In this document: in pieces, positions 61,283-64,000 of the stretch | How the letters are laid out: each line of letters starts with the position of its first letter | How positions within the stretch are numbered: position 1 is the first letter of the stretch | Assembly (NCBI RefSeq): GCF_006345805.1 | Contig: NW_021833807.1 | Location: 13,991 to 77,990 of the forward strand | Source of the DNA: Octopus sinensis | Taxonomy: Eukaryota | Length of the DNA: 64,000 bases | Reading direction: 5' to 3' | The notes under the pieces: model-generated | Told to the model about the DNA's origin: nothing | Databases searched by the model: none | The model's input: only the letters and a program-made list of their open reading frames with translations | Program-made: the position numbers and the translations under genes

Positions 61283-62873
61283 CAGTACGACCCCGGTTTG
61301 GGGCAGCATTTTTATCATAGTGCCCCAAAAAGCGGGGGTGCCCCAAATGCGAGGGTAAAGATTTTTTGCTTTTATTTTCTCCTCAATAGATTTTTATTGC
61401 ATTTTAGACTATAAATTAAAATTATTTAATATAATAAAAATTCTAACATAGTCCTTTCTTAATAAAATTTAAAAATTTTAATAAATTCAACAAAAAATAC
61501 TATTAAAAGTAATCAGTAATTTTCTCACCGAATTGGTTTTTTTTCAGTTCTCCTGATAGGTTTTTTCTAAATTCGTAGTAGATTTTCAAAATTGTGGACA
61601 TGTACTGAAAATATATCTTCTAGAGAATTCACGATGTTTATGATTTCTTTAATTGATGATTTTTTAGATTCATATCCATCATAAGTAATTTTGTCCTCAA
61701 TAATATCTGTCGAATCCATTGAAATAACATCTGAAATCACGTCATCTATTATTCTTCGTCCAACTGTACATTATCCGAATTTTTGATCTGTTTTCATTTA
61801 TTTTCTGCCAGCAATTAATTATCGTTGTCTCTGACATCATTTTCCATGCCTCCCCGACAACTGTAATGACTTGTCTAAGATTGACATTATTCAAATTCAA
61901 ATCAGAAGCTGTTCTTTTTCAAATATAAGAGTAAAATCAATCAGTTTATTGAAATAGAGGGACTTGAAGGATTTTATTATTCCCATATCTAGGGGTTGAA
62001 TTAAAGCGGTCGTATTTTGGGAAGAAAAAGTAAATAAACATTGGAATAATCTGTATTTCTGTGACAGCTCGCATTATCCAGTATTAAGACAATTTTTCTC
62101 TTTTCATTGATCATATCTTGATTTACTTTCCATGACCATTTCCCAAAAATATCACTAGTCATCCACGAATTTTTTGATGCAGCATATAGTACTCCGTGAT
62201 CCTCAGCGTTAAAATTTTTTAAACACCTAGGAGATTTGAATTTTCCAATTAATAGAGGTTTTAACTTTTCACCAAGTGCATTACAACAAAGGAGAAGGGT
62301 AACTTTCTCTTTGCTCTTTTTTGCAATCAGTTTTAAGATAGTTCCAGAAATTGGAAGAAATTCATCTCTCAGACGTAGAAAAGTTTCAAAACTAATCTAT
62401 CTAATTCATTATTTGGATCATGTGATTCCTTGATTCTATCGGATTCAGTTAATCCCGCGTCAAAATAATAAACAAAATTTTGTTTAATGCGAGAAATAGT
62501 ACCTGTAATTAATAATTAGTTAAAAAAGATACCTTTGCTCGTTTTATACTTTTTAGCAAGATCTCTTTCTGAAAATTGACCATGTTTTATATCTTTAGCG
62601 ATTTAATTTTTGTTTCATAATTAATCTTTGAATTCTTTTTACGAACCATACTAAAGTCAAAATAAACACGTGAAATAATAGTATTAATTAAATTAATAAA
62701 TAAACTAACATTTTGTAATTAAATAAATAAATAAGTGCCCCAAACCGGGTCATCAAAAATAAATAATAGAATGAAAAATTTACTGTTTTCAAAAACTGCC
62801 CCTAAAAGCGGGGGTGCCCCAAAACCCGAGGGTGCCCCACCCATGGGGTCTGCCCCAAACCGGGGTCGTACTG
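61283..62873 (-). mobile_element. Tigger/pogo element with intact TIRs, internally deleted
   Basis: Perfect 24-bp TIR CAGTACGACCCCGGTTTGGGGCAG; TA TSD; KSPRCLK...SWMTSDIF...LILDNASCH...IQPLDMGII. Confidence 0.9.
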
Positions 62874-63240
62874 TAGTGATTTGAAGGTTTCTTCTTTTAT
62901 TCGATCCAATAGAATTCATAATTGAAAATATTTTTTCTACAGGAGCAGTAGTGCCGGGTAAGCATAAAACATATTCGATAATTTTAACAAAATTTGGAAT
63001 TTGAATACTTTTCTCATTAAAATATTTACAAACATGCATCCAATTTAATTCGTAATTATCATGATTAGTTTTTCATTCCTTATTTTTTGCTGCCCAGAAC
63101 GATTTAACATTAACAAATTCATCAAATGAATCGTCGACATTTATATCTTTGAATAGAATAGATTATGTTTTTCCAAATTAGAATATAACTTCTGAGGTTT
63201 CACAAAAAGTGAACAAAAATCAAGAAGTTGAACCTTTACA
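62874..63240 (-). mobile_element. hAT C-terminal remnant
   Basis: YVLCLPGTTAPVEKIFSIMN. Confidence 0.6.
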
Positions 63241-63359
63241 AAACAATTTCTAAAGAACTAGCTTTATTAAATTTCAAAAAATTAATATTATTTTCATAAT
63301 TGTATAATTTTTATAATTTTATAGTTGATCACAATCCCACATTACTAAATAATAATACA

Positions 63360-63600
63360 TATGATACTCCAGGACAAGGCCCCATTATCCGAGACGGATC
63401 TTAAGCCTAGTTATTCCCGATGTTGATCTGTTATACATCAGGACCGAAACAACAAACGTGTTATGGACCTTGCTTGGAAGACCGCTTAATGCTATATGGA
63501 CGATCAGATGAAGAAATGAAGACAAGGCCCTCACGACCACTACGCGCTTGCGCGGGTACTTGTGAAGAAAATAGGGCAAAAATGAGGTCTCTTCATGCTT
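63360..63600 (+). mobile_element. Possible LINE endonuclease remnant
   Basis: GC-richer island; one frame reads VMDLAW...HDHYAL, similar to an APE C-terminus; several stops. Confidence 0.3.
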
Positions 63601-64000
63601 GTCAAGATCACGAAACGTTGCATGTTTTGTTTTTCGTGTTCCTAATAAAAAATTGTTATGTTATAACAAGATATGCCTACTCTCAGAAAAGCAGAAAGCC
63701 CTGAAACTACGAATACAAAACTCCAGTAATCCTGAAGTCGTTTAGTGAAACTGGAGATAGACTTTGCACCTTCTGCTGTGGGTTCGAGATCTTTTGCTGA
63801 TTTGTTTAGGCCAGATATGATCCCCAGTCACCATATCATAACTAATGGAGGGCTCGACATATTGTTTGTATATAGTGTTAAACCAGGGTTGTTTACTTCT
63901 GTACATTAACCAAAAAAGCCTTTAAGAACTTTAATTTTCTCGATAGTTTAGTTGTAAGATTTACAATATGCATGGAAGATGAGAATTGGGTATCAAAGGA

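Noticed and set aside
1-64000. Non-standard nuclear genetic code
   Set aside because: RPL30, THOC6, chordin and RT ORFs translate normally and end at standard stops.

Overview
AT-rich eukaryotic, almost certainly animal, genomic DNA. Spliceosomal introns that I could splice in frame are only about 21-33 nt, as in reduced metazoan parasites such as dicyemids (organism identity is inference). A compact block of host genes spans about 26.5-42 kb: MRPS27-like, SEC20/BNIP1-like, RPL30, a four-VWC chordin-like gene, INCENP-like and a PDZ protein. THOC6 lies at 19.9-21 kb and an axonemal dynein fragment at about 25.8 kb. Most of the rest is nested transposable elements: at least 7 CRE-like (RT + restriction-like endonuclease) non-LTR lineages, RTE and APE-type LINEs, SINE-like elements, Ginger-like integrase DNA transposons with TGTCAC ends and 5-bp TSDs, Tigger/pogo, Tc1/IS630, hAT, MULE and Helitron remnants. 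There is also a 4.66-kb tandem duplication. Frequent homopolymer indels, including inside conserved genes and between duplicate copies, suggest an error-prone long-read assembly, so single frameshifts are not trusted. Most notable observations: (1) a near full-length RTE whose 9-bp TSD overlaps the MRPS27 start codon and splits a roughly 90-bp head-to-head promoter; (2) recurrent templated or inverted 5' junctions in CRE insertions; (3) a Ginger-like radiation with conserved tiny introns; (4) a mid-gene G-to-C skew flip in THOC6. No database searches were run; all family calls rest on motif recognition.
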